Below are positions 19,572 to 29,279 of a DNA stretch of 64,000 nt, one piece after another (position 1 is the first letter of the stretch; each line of letters starts with the position of its first letter). Source of the DNA: a virus (taxonomy: Duplodnaviria; Caudoviricetes). A program made the translations under genes and the position numbers. A model generated the notes under the pieces. It was not told the DNA's origin. It saw nothing but the letters and a program-made list of their open reading frames with translations, and made no database searches. The stretch lies in IMG/VR virus record IMGVR_UViG_3300042965_000182, positions 1,919 to 65,918 of that record. The stretch is one strand, 5' to 3'.

Positions 19572-20333
19572 ATGGCTTATGATGAATTTGGTTGGATTAT
19601 AAACACAGAAAGAGATACACAATTACCAAAAGATTATGGTGATAGTTGTTTCTTTATGGGTTTACAGACATTGAATTTTATTTTACAAAATCAAGTGAAT
19701 AAGGCAAAGATACTTTATGAAAGGGTAAGAGAATGGAATTTTATCAGGCATCCTTCTGTAAAGTGTATTGGTAGCAGTTATTATAACAATCAAACTTCTT
19801 ACGATATGATGGTGATTTGGGATTACATAGCAAGCAGATATTCTGTTTTTGGTTTTGATTATCCACCTTTTCATTACAGAAAAAGTAAATTTTTAACAGG
19901 TAGATTTAGACATCCATTAATGTATATTTTGCCTATTGGTTTTCTCATTTTGTTTACACTTTTAGTTGTTTTAAAATTTAAGAAGTTAGCAGAGAAATGG
20001 TTTTTTGGTAAAAGATTTAACAAATTACATATTTTAATGGTTTATCTTGCTATTGTTTACGAAAGGACAAAAAATATTTGGTTTTTGAAACATTACAGAA
20101 AATTAGTTAAGGTGATAGAAGGTTATTTGAATTATGAACATTACTTTTTTAGGTATCTTGCTCATTTACCAGTTATGAAGAGTTGGAGACCGCGACATAA
20201 CTGTTGGGAGTGGGTTTTTCAAAGAGATTTAAGGTTTGGTTGCCATCCAGAAAATCATTCAATACAATTTCATTATGAAGAAATAAATGGTAAAAAATTA
20301 GATTTATCGGAGCAGTTCTATGAGTTTGTATAA
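19572..20333 (+). CDS. Hypothetical protein with one TM helix
   Basis: AAGGAG RBS; hydrophobic ILPIGFLILFTLLVVL; overlaps the decarboxylase start. Confidence 0.6.
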   Translation: MAYDEFGWIINTERDTQLPKDYGDSCFFMGLQTLNFILQNQVNKAKILYERVREWNFIRHPSVKCIGSSYYNNQTSYDMMVIWDYIASRYSVFGFDYPPFHYRKSKFLTGRFRHPLMYILPIGFLILFTLLVVLKFKKLAEKWFFGKRFNKLHILMVYLAIVYERTKNIWFLKHYRKLVKVIEGYLNYEHYFFRYLAHLPVMKSWRPRHNCWEWVFQRDLRFGCHPENHSIQFHYEEINGKKLDLSEQFYEFV

Positions 20334-20844
20334 GGATTTAAAAGGTTATTGGACTTTTATTTATGGTAAAATAGAAGCAGAATACGAACAGGTCGCTTTT
20401 GATTTAATTTTAAAAGATTTTGGCATTGAAAATTACAACATTGTTAAGATTTCCTCAATTTTACCAAAAGGATTTAAATATACAAATACTATAAAAGGTT
20501 TACCAGAAGAAGGCGAAATTCTTTATATGGCTTATGTTTACAAGTTTTTTACAAAAGAGGAAGTCATAAAAAATTTTGACAAAAAGTTTTCAATAGGTGT
20601 TTTAGTTGTTGAACCAGAAAACAAAGAGCAAACTGGTTTAATTTTAGAACTCAGCGATTTTTGTGATAAACAGACACTTGAAGAAAAGTTGGAATTACAG
20701 GCAAGGTATCTTTCAGCAATAAGGAGAAAGATAGAAGTAAAAGAAGTAAGGAAAAAGATTATTGAAACGGATTTTTTGACAAAAATCCATAAGAAAATGT
20801 TTTTCAAGCCATTTGGTATGTTAGTTGGTGTTTTGCTTTGGTAA
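20320..20844 (+). CDS. pdaD: Pyruvoyl-dependent arginine decarboxylase (PvlArgDC family)
   Basis: AFDLILKDFGIENYNIVKISSILP matches the family signature, including the Ser-Ser autocleavage site; GLILE retains the conserved Glu. Confidence 0.8.
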   Translation: MSLYKDLKGYWTFIYGKIEAEYEQVAFDLILKDFGIENYNIVKISSILPKGFKYTNTIKGLPEEGEILYMAYVYKFFTKEEVIKNFDKKFSIGVLVVEPENKEQTGLILELSDFCDKQTLEEKLELQARYLSAIRRKIEVKEVRKKIIETDFLTKIHKKMFFKPFGMLVGVLLW

Positions 20845-20845
20845 A

Positions 20846-22171
20846 ATGGCAAGGTTTTTGATTGTTGACAACTCTTTGGCTTTTGAAGTAGCAAGAAGGT
20901 TAAAAGAAGAAGAACACAATGTCAAATATTTTTCTACTTGGAAAAGGGTAGCAATTTTAGAAGAAGATGTAAGGTATATGGAAGGATTTGATAAATATTT
21001 TGGTATAGAAAGAGTTTCTGATTATTTATCTCATACTGATTGGGCTGACGCTATTATTTTTACTGATGTAAATTTTGGTGAAGAAAAAGATTGGTTAAGG
21101 GAAAAAGGTTATCCTGTTTTTGGTGCTTCAAAAGTTGGTGAAGATTTAGAAATTGACAGAGAAAAAGGTAATGAAAGTTTTAAAAAGTTAGGTTTAAAAC
21201 TTATACCTCAGAAAAAATACAGAAATCCACAAGAGGCATTAAAAGATGTAAAAGAAGGAAAAGGTTATGTTATAAGGTTAACATCAGGTTTGGAAGGTGA
21301 AATAGCAAGAACTTTTGTTGCTGAATATTCAGAAGTAGCAAAGTATTGGTTGGAAACCCTTACTGGTAAAGGTTATGATGAAGAAGTAATTTTACAGGAA
21401 CTTATTGAAGGAATAGAGGTGTCGGTTGGTGGTTTTTTCAATGGTAAGGAATGGGCTACTTTACCTTGTATAGTTTTTGAAGAAAAGAAATCTTTGGCTT
21501 GGGGTATGGGTTTTCTTTGTGGTGAAACAGGTTCTACTTTATATTTTGGTGATGAAGGTATTTTTATTAACAAGGTTTACAAGAAAATGGAAGAATATTT
21601 AAGGGGTATAAATGCTGGTTGTGGAAATTATGACATTAATACGATAATAACTTTTGATGGTGAAATTTATCCACTTGAATGGACTTGTAGGTTTGGTTTT
21701 CCAACCATTTACATTCAGCATCCACTTTTTGAAGATTTTGGCGAACTTCTTTTGTCTTGTGTAAAAGGTAAAAAATATAAGAAAGGGTTAAAGACTGACT
21801 GGGCAATTGGAGTTTGTTGGTGTGCTGGAACCCATCCTCATTCAAGTTTAAGTAAAGAGATTGATGGTGTTCCCATACTTGGTGTTTTAGATTGTATAAA
21901 AGATTACAAATTTTACAGAGATGATAAGTATCTTGCTATTGATAGTATTGGTTATGATGATGGTAAAACATATTTAACACCTTCACCTGGTAGAACTGTG
22001 ACCTGTGTTGGTGTTGGTAAGACTTTAAAAGAGGCACAAGAAAATGCTTTGGAAGTAGCAAGGAGGGTATATATACCAGAAGGTTATTATAGAAAAGATA
22101 TTGGTGATAGAGTTTTTTATCAGCAAGTAATTTTGAATGAATTAGGTTTTTTAAAAAAAGAAGTTTTATAA
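20846..22171 (+). CDS. PurD-like ATP-grasp amide ligase (substrate probably not phosphoribosylamine)
   Basis: VFGAS...LEIDR, QELIEGIEVS, EEKK...GETG, LEWTCRFGFP, YYRKDIG. Lacks the GSGGREHA motif. ATG at 20846. Confidence 0.8.
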   Translation: MARFLIVDNSLAFEVARRLKEEEHNVKYFSTWKRVAILEEDVRYMEGFDKYFGIERVSDYLSHTDWADAIIFTDVNFGEEKDWLREKGYPVFGASKVGEDLEIDREKGNESFKKLGLKLIPQKKYRNPQEALKDVKEGKGYVIRLTSGLEGEIARTFVAEYSEVAKYWLETLTGKGYDEEVILQELIEGIEVSVGGFFNGKEWATLPCIVFEEKKSLAWGMGFLCGETGSTLYFGDEGIFINKVYKKMEEYLRGINAGCGNYDINTIITFDGEIYPLEWTCRFGFPTIYIQHPLFEDFGELLLSCVKGKKYKKGLKTDWAIGVCWCAGTHPHSSLSKEIDGVPILGVLDCIKDYKFYRDDKYLAIDSIGYDDGKTYLTPSPGRTVTCVGVGKTLKEAQENALEVARRVYIPEGYYRKDIGDRVFYQQVILNELGFLKKEVL

Positions 22172-22181
22172 GGAGGTGATT

Positions 22182-23060
22182 ATGGATGGTAGAATAATAA
22201 AAATAAGTGAGGAGTTAATAAAAATAGCAGAGGAGTTAATGAAGTTAGCACCAAGGAGACCTGACAGGTATAGAGAATACGAAGAAGAATTAGAAAGAAT
22301 AAAGAGAATTCCACCAGAAGAAGCAATGAGGAGAATGCATGTAAAAGACAAGGAACTTATAATTGTTCAGAGTGAGCTTGCAAAAGTATTAGAGAAAATA
22401 CTTGCTGATGAAAAAGCAATAAGAGAAGAATTGAAGAGATTATCTACACAGGAAAAAGAACTTGGCGAACTTATTAAAAAATGTATAGAGGAAAACTTAC
22501 ACATTAAGTTAAAAGAAGAAAAGACTTTTGATGAAGCAATAGAGTATCTTAACAGGGTAAAAACTGAAAGGGAAACAGCAGAAGGACTTATTATTCAAGC
22601 AGGTTCTATGGCCATGAGAATTTCTAAATCATATATGTTTACAATAGGTGGAAGGGAAAAAATACTTGGTTTAGCAGAAGACATAAAAGAGGAACTATTA
22701 AGAGTATTCTCTGACAATTTACCGATTATAGAAAGGATTATGGATGTTATTTTATCAAAGATAAAGGAAGCAACAAAAGTGACGGAAACAATAAGAATTG
22801 AAATTAATACAGCAGATAAACTTGTAAAAGAAGTTGAAACTTCACCAGAAGAAGGCAGAACTGCTTCCTTGTCAAAAGATGCTGAGACAATTTTAAGCAG
22901 AGTTTGGAATTTCATTAAGGGTATTTTCAAAAGGATTGTTGATAGTCTTCGTTCGCTTTTTGGTATATATTCAGATGTTAACGATGATTTAACAACTTTA
23001 AATGATAGTTTATTAAGAATAGAAGAAGTTGTGAGAAAAGCAGAAGAAGCAGTAGTGTAA
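22182..23060 (+). CDS. Leader-bearing coiled-coil protein
   Basis: IIKISEELIKIAEELM leader; AGGAGGTGA RBS; RTAS motif before a C-terminal amphipathic helix. Confidence 0.7.
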   Translation: MDGRIIKISEELIKIAEELMKLAPRRPDRYREYEEELERIKRIPPEEAMRRMHVKDKELIIVQSELAKVLEKILADEKAIREELKRLSTQEKELGELIKKCIEENLHIKLKEEKTFDEAIEYLNRVKTERETAEGLIIQAGSMAMRISKSYMFTIGGREKILGLAEDIKEELLRVFSDNLPIIERIMDVILSKIKEATKVTETIRIEINTADKLVKEVETSPEEGRTASLSKDAETILSRVWNFIKGIFKRIVDSLRSLFGIYSDVNDDLTTLNDSLLRIEEVVRKAEEAVV

Positions 23061-23062
23061 AC

Positions 23063-23467
23063 ATGATAGAGGTATGGTATAAAAGTAATCTCATATTTAC
23101 AATAGAAAGAGCAGACATTGAGTATTTCTTTTTAGTAAAAGATATTTTCAAAGGGAACATTACGCCTTTTAAACTTATGCCGATTAGAGTTGAACCTCAA
23201 CCAGAAGATTTTTATATTGCCTGGTATCCTTATGGTTTATGGATTTACAAAGATTTAGAAGTTTATCCTATTTCAACAGAGGAACTTAAATTGCTTTTAG
23301 AAAAAGACGAAAAACTTACTATTATTTGGGAAAAAGAAGAAAAAAGACAGGTATTTTGGATTACAGATTTTGCTCTCAGTCAATATATGATTAATGAAAA
23401 CATTGAATATAAGACACCAGAGGGAAAGTTTTTATTTGATTTAATAAAAAAGGTAAGGCAAAAATGA
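23063..23467 (+). CDS. Hypothetical protein
   Basis: ORF tiles between its neighbours. Confidence 0.55.
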   Translation: MIEVWYKSNLIFTIERADIEYFFLVKDIFKGNITPFKLMPIRVEPQPEDFYIAWYPYGLWIYKDLEVYPISTEELKLLLEKDEKLTIIWEKEEKRQVFWITDFALSQYMINENIEYKTPEGKFLFDLIKKVRQK

Positions 23468-24375
23468 AAAGAAGTTCCATTTGGGATTATCCGAAGCCTG
23501 GTCTTGACCCTGATGTTTGGGACGAAGAAGGTAAACTTTATAATGGACATAAGAAGATGATTTTGTCGCATCTATATGGTGCTCTTATTGGTTTTGGTTT
23601 TAAAAACTTTGAAGAATGGATAAAAGACATTGTGATTATAGGTTCATTAACTTCTTATCAGTATAATAGATTTTCAGACCTTGATGTCCATATAATTATA
23701 GATGTTAACAAGTTTATGGAAGCAGAAAAACTTAACAAGGTTTCACCTGAAAGATTATTAGAATATTTAAACGAGGATTTAAGGAAGTTTTTGAATGTAA
23801 AAGCGCAAATAAAGTTAGACAAGACAGAGCATCCTGTTGAGTATTATTTTGAAAGTGAAGAGGTTATTCCAGCATCAAAAGATGAAGGTGTTTACTCACT
23901 TTTTACTGACACTTGGATTAAACCACCACGCACTTTAGATTTAGATTTTAATCCTGATGTTTATTATGGTGAAAGAAGAAAGGTGATTGAAGAATTTGTT
24001 AGAGAGTTTGACATAAGGGTAATGGATATAAACAGGTTGGTAAAAGATGTAGATTTTTTACAAGAAACTTTGGAACAGATGCCAGAAGTAGCAAAAAGGA
24101 AGTGGAAAAAGTATTTAGATGAAAAGATAAAAGTAATAGAAGAGGAAATAAAGGATTTAATTCAAAAGACTGATGAAGTTATAAAGGCAAGGAGAGAAGA
24201 GTATGAAAGAGAAAGTGATGCTAATTTACTTTTTAAGTTTTTACAAAGGTATCAATATATTTGGTTAGCAAAGCAATTAGAAAAAGCGTTAGAGTTAGAA
24301 AAAGAAGAAATGATTGAAAAAGTAAAAGACATTTTAGTAGAGTTTCCTTATAAAACGAGTAAAGGTGAAAGTTAG
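23464..24375 (+). CDS. Pol-beta superfamily nucleotidyltransferase
   Basis: IIGSLTSYQYNRFSDLDVHII (hGS...DxD), third carboxylate in HPVEYY, helical C-terminal domain. Confidence 0.8.
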   Translation: MKRSSIWDYPKPGLDPDVWDEEGKLYNGHKKMILSHLYGALIGFGFKNFEEWIKDIVIIGSLTSYQYNRFSDLDVHIIIDVNKFMEAEKLNKVSPERLLEYLNEDLRKFLNVKAQIKLDKTEHPVEYYFESEEVIPASKDEGVYSLFTDTWIKPPRTLDLDFNPDVYYGERRKVIEEFVREFDIRVMDINRLVKDVDFLQETLEQMPEVAKRKWKKYLDEKIKVIEEEIKDLIQKTDEVIKARREEYERESDANLLFKFLQRYQYIWLAKQLEKALELEKEEMIEKVKDILVEFPYKTSKGES

Positions 24376-24383
24376 GAGGTAAA

Positions 24384-25535
24384 ATGAAAAAGGAAGCACA
24401 AGTTCCTGTTGGAAAGGTTGAAGAAGAAAAAAGGGCTATGCCACCTGGTTTACCAGCAGAACCAGTAAGAACAGAAAAACCAGTAGAAATGAAACCAAGA
24501 GAAGACGAAGAAATTGAAGAATTAAGGAAGATGTTAGAAGAACCTGAAAAAGAAAGGAGGATACCACCAGAGGAAAGGGTATTTGAAAGAGAGCCTCTTG
24601 TTAAAACACCTGAAAAAGAGTTAGCAGAATTAGTAGAAGCACCAAAGGTTTTCAAAAGGTTAGGTCCTATTGATAGGCAAATGTTTTACTTTTTAGAAAA
24701 ACAAAGAAGAGATGCTATTTCAAGAGGTGATTTAGACACTTTAAAGAAAATTCACGAAGAAGAAGAAAGAATAATAGAAAAATATACAAAAGAAGTAGTG
24801 AAAGATGAGTTATCAGGATTTACTTTTGCTTACAGACAAGCACAAGGACACTTTTTCAGTCAAAGAAAGTTAGGTGAATTTGTAAACAGGGCTTTTGATG
24901 CTATTGCTGACCAATTAACAAAAATGGGTATTACTATTTATTCTGCTTCTTTGCTTTCAAGTGAAAGTGATGAATGGGATGAAAATCCCAAAGAAGGTAA
25001 AACAGAATGGAATTTACTTATTGGAACAATTTTAGATGATTGGGCAAAAAGTAATATTGTAGTAATGGCAAATGTAGAAAAAGACAAAGTAAAGATTTAT
25101 CCATACTTTTTTGATTATCTTGGCAGAAAATATTCTTTTGATGAAATAACGATAAGGAAATATTTACAGAGTTTAAGACCGAAACCTTCTTCTGATTGGG
25201 TAAAAGCACTTGGTTGGGAACAAGATAAGGATTTAATTGAAATAGACAACAAAGTTATTTGGGCATCAACTGAAATGAATGAAGTTCAAGATGCCTTTCA
25301 GACGCATTTAAAAGAAGTAGAAGTAGAAGATACTGGTAGTTATGCTATGCTTTCAGAAATAAAGTTTGATGAAAGAAATGGAAAAGTTAAAGTTGTTTAC
25401 ACTTTACCAAAAAATTTCAAAGGTATGTTAAAAATTCCTAAAAAGATTAAGTTTGCTTCTTATAGTTTAAAAAGGGATAAAATTTTAGAGTTAGGTGATG
25501 GAAAAATAGAAATTGAATATATAAAGGAGGAGTGA
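24384..25535 (+). CDS. Hypothetical protein (candidate internal head protein)
   Basis: AGGAGGT RBS; KKEAQ, RQAQ and KFAS motifs; Glu/Pro-rich N-terminus. Confidence 0.6.
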   Translation: MKKEAQVPVGKVEEEKRAMPPGLPAEPVRTEKPVEMKPREDEEIEELRKMLEEPEKERRIPPEERVFEREPLVKTPEKELAELVEAPKVFKRLGPIDRQMFYFLEKQRRDAISRGDLDTLKKIHEEEERIIEKYTKEVVKDELSGFTFAYRQAQGHFFSQRKLGEFVNRAFDAIADQLTKMGITIYSASLLSSESDEWDENPKEGKTEWNLLIGTILDDWAKSNIVVMANVEKDKVKIYPYFFDYLGRKYSFDEITIRKYLQSLRPKPSSDWVKALGWEQDKDLIEIDNKVIWASTEMNEVQDAFQTHLKEVEVEDTGSYAMLSEIKFDERNGKVKVVYTLPKNFKGMLKIPKKIKFASYSLKRDKILELGDGKIEIEYIKEE

Positions 25536-25536
25536 A

Positions 25537-26691
25537 ATGTGGCATTTACCTGAATGGAAGTATAGGAATGTTCAAGTTTTAAAACCTCATAAAAGAGCAG
25601 GAAAGAATTTTGTTTTTGATATTCAAATTCTTCGTTCAAGTGGTGATAATGACCCTTATAATGTATATGTTGATGATAAATGTAAACCAGATTTTTCAGA
25701 TATAAGGTTTGTTGACAATCATAACAGGTTATTACCTTATGAAAGGATTGATTATATAGAAGGAGGATGGGCTGAATTTATTGTAAGGTTTTTAGGTGAT
25801 TTATCAAAATTTCCTGGTATAATTTACCTTTATTATGGTAATCCTGACGCTGTTTACACTGGACAAACAGGTTTAATGTATGATTATGATGTAACTTTTA
25901 ATTCAAGTGTCAATCTTAACAAAGATTGGTTTATAATTAAATCAAGTGGTGCAAGTTATCAACTGCTTTCAGATAGATTAAGAATTAGTTTAAATTCTGA
26001 TATGGATTATATCTGGTTTATTTCAAAAAAGAGTTATGGAGTTGGTATGTTAATAATAAGTTTTTCACCTTCAATTTTTCCTTTTATGTATGTTGGTTTA
26101 GTGGATAAAAGATGTAAACTTGTAAGAGATTATCAGGGAAGATTAGTTCCTTGTCCTGGTTATTTTGAACGAACTTATAAAAAACAAACAGTGAGAGATT
26201 ATTTAAAATGTGTTTCATTAGAATATGTTTTACCTGACGGTTCTTGGAATGTGGAGTTTACTGGAACCAGCAGATATCCTGAAATAGAACTACCTCCTGT
26301 TCTTTATAGTTCAATTTTATGGCAAGATGATTACAAAATTTGTTCTGGTTTTTTTTCACAACACACTACACCTTTTAAAATCCCTGATAAATACAAATTA
26401 GTTTTTGGTGTTACCAATATGGCTGGCAATATAGATGTTTTTACTTGTCAATTCCAAAGACAACTTTATGACTATGAGAGTTTATTTGTTGAACCTTACT
26501 GGATATTTCAAGAAAGAAGTAATTTTTATGTTGAAAAGAAAGAGTTAATTGTAAAAGAGACTATTCCGCAAGTTTTAAATCAAGTTTCAATTAGTAATTT
26601 ATTAAGTGTTGATGATTTATTAATAAGTAGAGTTTTACCTTCAGAAAAGTTTTGGTTAAATGTTAACAATATATATTTTAGAAGGAGGTGA
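25537..26691 (+). CDS. DUF2341-domain virion-associated protein
   Basis: WKYR...CKPDFSDIRF...LLPYE...IYLYYGNP. Confidence 0.75.
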   Translation: MWHLPEWKYRNVQVLKPHKRAGKNFVFDIQILRSSGDNDPYNVYVDDKCKPDFSDIRFVDNHNRLLPYERIDYIEGGWAEFIVRFLGDLSKFPGIIYLYYGNPDAVYTGQTGLMYDYDVTFNSSVNLNKDWFIIKSSGASYQLLSDRLRISLNSDMDYIWFISKKSYGVGMLIISFSPSIFPFMYVGLVDKRCKLVRDYQGRLVPCPGYFERTYKKQTVRDYLKCVSLEYVLPDGSWNVEFTGTSRYPEIELPPVLYSSILWQDDYKICSGFFSQHTTPFKIPDKYKLVFGVTNMAGNIDVFTCQFQRQLYDYESLFVEPYWIFQERSNFYVEKKELIVKETIPQVLNQVSISNLLSVDDLLISRVLPSEKFWLNVNNIYFRRR

Positions 26692-26694
26692 AGG

Positions 26695-27108
26695 ATGGAA
26701 AGAATAAATGAAAAGTTAGTGGAGGTTTTAAAACCTTTAAAGGAATATTTCAGAGGTATAAAGGTTGCTACGATTGGTCAAGTGGAAACTTTTGCTACAA
26801 GATACAATTTACATCCTCAATTGGTAACTTATCTTTTGCAAGTTGTTATGGGTAGAGATGTTTGTGAAAGAATACAAAGAAAGTATGGTTCTTGGGTTTC
26901 AAAAGAAAAATTTCTAAAAGAGGCATATGTTAAAGGTATGGAAGTAGAAATTTACGATGAATGTTCTGGTGTAAAATATGAAGGTATAATAGAAGATGTT
27001 TCTCCTGCCAGTATAAAACTTAAAACAAAAGAAGGTAAGGAAGTAGAAATTTCAAAAGGTTGTATACCTGAATGGGGTCTAATATACATTATGGAGGAAG
27101 CAAAGTGA
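26695..27108 (+). CDS. Hypothetical protein with C-terminal Sm/SH3-like domain
   Basis: GMEVEI...YEGIIEDV...IKL following LKEA. Confidence 0.55.
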   Translation: MERINEKLVEVLKPLKEYFRGIKVATIGQVETFATRYNLHPQLVTYLLQVVMGRDVCERIQRKYGSWVSKEKFLKEAYVKGMEVEIYDECSGVKYEGIIEDVSPASIKLKTKEGKEVEISKGCIPEWGLIYIMEEAK

Positions 27109-27311
27109 TACAGAAGAAAAGGTTAACTGATAAACAATTTGAAATATTAAGGCAGGTTTTACAGGATTATCTTATAGCACAAAGAAGTTTAAAACTTGTT
27201 TTAGATTTACTTGAAATACCTGAAATAAGTTTTCCAACTTTACAACTCAATTTTGAAACAAAAGAGATAATTTATGATGATGGCAAAAGTGAAAGTTCCA
27301 GTCATAATTAA
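27105..27311 (+). CDS. Hypothetical protein
   Basis: GGAGG RBS before GTG 27105. Confidence 0.5.
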   Translation: MIQKKRLTDKQFEILRQVLQDYLIAQRSLKLVLDLLEIPEISFPTLQLNFETKEIIYDDGKSESSSHN

Positions 27312-27349
27312 AAAGGTTGTAAAAATAAAGGTTTACATAAAGAGGTAAA

Positions 27350-27589
27350 ATGAAAAAGTTTTTAACTTTCCTTAATGAGCCTTCTGGTAAGGTTTCATTT
27401 ATGAGGTTAACAGGTTTTCTTTTAGTTTTTGTTTACATTATAATGTTTATTTACATTGGGATAACAGACAAAAAGATTTCTGATATACCAACTAACTTAA
27501 TGGTATTGATTTTAACTTTGTATGGAATGAACAAAATTGAAAGGATTTTCAATGGAAGGAAAAATGAAAGTAGTTATAAAGCAGAATAA
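27350..27589 (+). CDS. Holin-like 2-TM membrane protein
   Basis: GKVSFMRL followed by two TM helices and a charged tail. Confidence 0.55.
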   Translation: MKKFLTFLNEPSGKVSFMRLTGFLLVFVYIIMFIYIGITDKKISDIPTNLMVLILTLYGMNKIERIFNGRKNESSYKAE

Positions 27590-27749
27590 AAAGAGATTTT
27601 GTTTACTAAAAGAAGTTTATTTTTCTGATTGGCAGGTGTTTGAAGTTTGTGGAAATTGTGAGTTTTATCAAAGAGATGAGATTTTTAATAATTTTAAATG
27701 CTTAAAACAAGGCAAAAAAGAGGTGAAAAATGAAAGAAAGACAAAATGA
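27564..27749 (+). CDS. Small Cys-rich protein
   Basis: C...CGNC...C; ATG 27564 after GAAGGA. Confidence 0.45.
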   Translation: MKVVIKQNKKRFCLLKEVYFSDWQVFEVCGNCEFYQRDEIFNNFKCLKQGKKEVKNERKTK

Positions 27750-28092
27750 ATTAATAAATATTGTAAACGAATTAATTGATATAGCAAATGAGTTAATTTC
27801 TCTTGGTCAATTTGCCAAATTAAGAAGGATACCTAAGGATTTAAAAAGGTTAGAGGATGAAGAAGAAGTTTTCCTTTCAGAAGAAAAGGAGAAGGAATAT
27901 TTACAAAAGGCAGTAGAATTACCTTTAACAAAGGAGGCAAGGATTGTTCAAAGACAGAGAGAAGGTAAGAAAGTTTGGTGTGTAGAAAGTGAAAAAACAG
28001 GTCGTTCCTTTGGTTGTTATCCAACAAGAAAACAAGCAGAAGAAAGGTTGAAACAAGTTGAAATGTTCAAACATATGAAGAAGAAAAAATAG
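27730..28092 (+). CDS. Leader-bearing small protein with basic C-terminal domain
   Basis: ELINIVNELIDIANEL leader variant; TKEA; WCVESEKTGRSFGCYPTRKQAEERLKQVEMFKH domain. Confidence 0.65.
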   Translation: MKERQNELINIVNELIDIANELISLGQFAKLRRIPKDLKRLEDEEEVFLSEEKEKEYLQKAVELPLTKEARIVQRQREGKKVWCVESEKTGRSFGCYPTRKQAEERLKQVEMFKHMKKKK

Positions 28093-28093
28093 T

Positions 28094-28324
28094 ATGAAAA
28101 AGGTTTGGGTAAAATTTAAATGTAAAAAATGTGGTGAAATGTTTTGGGAAAGACTTGTGTATAAAGATAAACTTACGCTTGATAGGTTTTGGCTTACCTG
28201 TCAATTCTGTAAACATTCAGGAACAGTTCACAATGAATTTTTTATAGTGAAAATAGAAGAAAGTTTAATTGAGAAAAAAGAAACATTTTGGCAAAAAATA
28301 AAGAGATGGTTAGGAATTTGGTAA
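28094..28324 (+). CDS. Zinc-ribbon protein
   Basis: CKKC...CQFC. Confidence 0.6.
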   Translation: MKKVWVKFKCKKCGEMFWERLVYKDKLTLDRFWLTCQFCKHSGTVHNEFFIVKIEESLIEKKETFWQKIKRWLGIW

Positions 28325-28614
28325 AAAAGTATTGGAGTGGAATTCTTTTTGGTTTACTTTTTGTTATAATATTTATTTTTGCTATTCTTTTAGCAAATTA
28401 TTACAATAAGTCTATTGATGAAAGTTTAAAGAAAATAGAAATGGAACAAAAAGAGTTAAAAAAGCAATTAGATTTAAAGGAAAAGGAAATCAATTATTAC
28501 AAAGCAGTTTTAGATAGTTTAACAAAAGAAATAAAAGGTATGAAGTTTACAAAAAAGGTATATAAAGGGAATATAAGAATTTTAGCAGAAGAATTTAAAA
28601 AAAGAGGTTTTTAA
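28288..28614 (+). CDS. i-spanin (Rz)-like protein
   Basis: N-terminal TM followed by a coiled coil. Start codon uncertain. Confidence 0.5.
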   Translation: MAKNKEMVRNLVKKYWSGILFGLLFVIIFIFAILLANYYNKSIDESLKKIEMEQKELKKQLDLKEKEINYYKAVLDSLTKEIKGMKFTKKVYKGNIRILAEEFKKRGF

Positions 28615-28625
28615 AGGAGGTAAAA

Positions 28626-28919
28626 ATGATAAAAAAGAACAGTAATGGTGAATTTGTTATAACAAAGGGTGCTCTTGCTATCATAGGGACTACCCTTACG
28701 ATTATTGCTCTTGCTTTTTCTTTTTTCACTTATACTATCGGTAGGGTGACTGAAAGCACTCGTCAATATACAAGGTTAGAAGAGGTTGTTAAAGTTTTAC
28801 AGGAAAAGTCAGAAAAGACAGATAAGTTTTTAGAGAATATCAGTAAAGATTTACAGAATATAAGAGAAGATTTAGTTTTAATAAAGGTAAAACTTGGCTT
28901 AATTGACAAAGGAAGATGA
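28626..28919 (+). CDS. Holin-like single-TM coiled-coil protein
   Basis: TM helix plus coiled coil; lysis-like cluster. Confidence 0.45.
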   Translation: MIKKNSNGEFVITKGALAIIGTTLTIIALAFSFFTYTIGRVTESTRQYTRLEEVVKVLQEKSEKTDKFLENISKDLQNIREDLVLIKVKLGLIDKGR

Positions 28920-29278
28920 AACTATTAATTTTTATTTTTATGCAAGCAGTTTATCCATTACAGCAAGGAGAACCTGCTCCTTGTCCTGTTGTTGCTTTTG
29001 ATACACTTTCAGCAAAGAAATTACTTTATTATTTAGACAGTTTAGATTTTATTACGAAAAAATATTTACTTTTAGAACAAAGAAGTAATATTTGTGATAC
29101 ACTTATAAACAAGTTTCAGCAAAAAGAAGTTTTATACAAAGAGTTAATACAGAAAAAAGATGAAGAAATAAAACTATTAAAAGAAAAGATAAAGGTTAGT
29201 AATAAGAAAAAGTGGTTTGAAAGGTTAGGTTTTTTAGGTGTTTTAACTTTTATTCTCTTAGTGATAGGAGGTAAATGA
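28916..29278 (+). CDS. Spanin-like membrane protein
   Basis: Hydrophobic N-terminus, LQQGEPAP motif, coiled coil, C-terminal TM. Confidence 0.4.
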   Translation: MKLLIFIFMQAVYPLQQGEPAPCPVVAFDTLSAKKLLYYLDSLDFITKKYLLLEQRSNICDTLINKFQQKEVLYKELIQKKDEEIKLLKEKIKVSNKKKWFERLGFLGVLTFILLVIGGK

Positions 29279-29279
29279 A

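Noticed and set aside
20846-22171. Annotation as true purD (auxiliary purine biosynthesis)
   Set aside because: The N-terminal GSGGREHA motif is absent and no other pur genes are present, so it is kept only as PurD-like.
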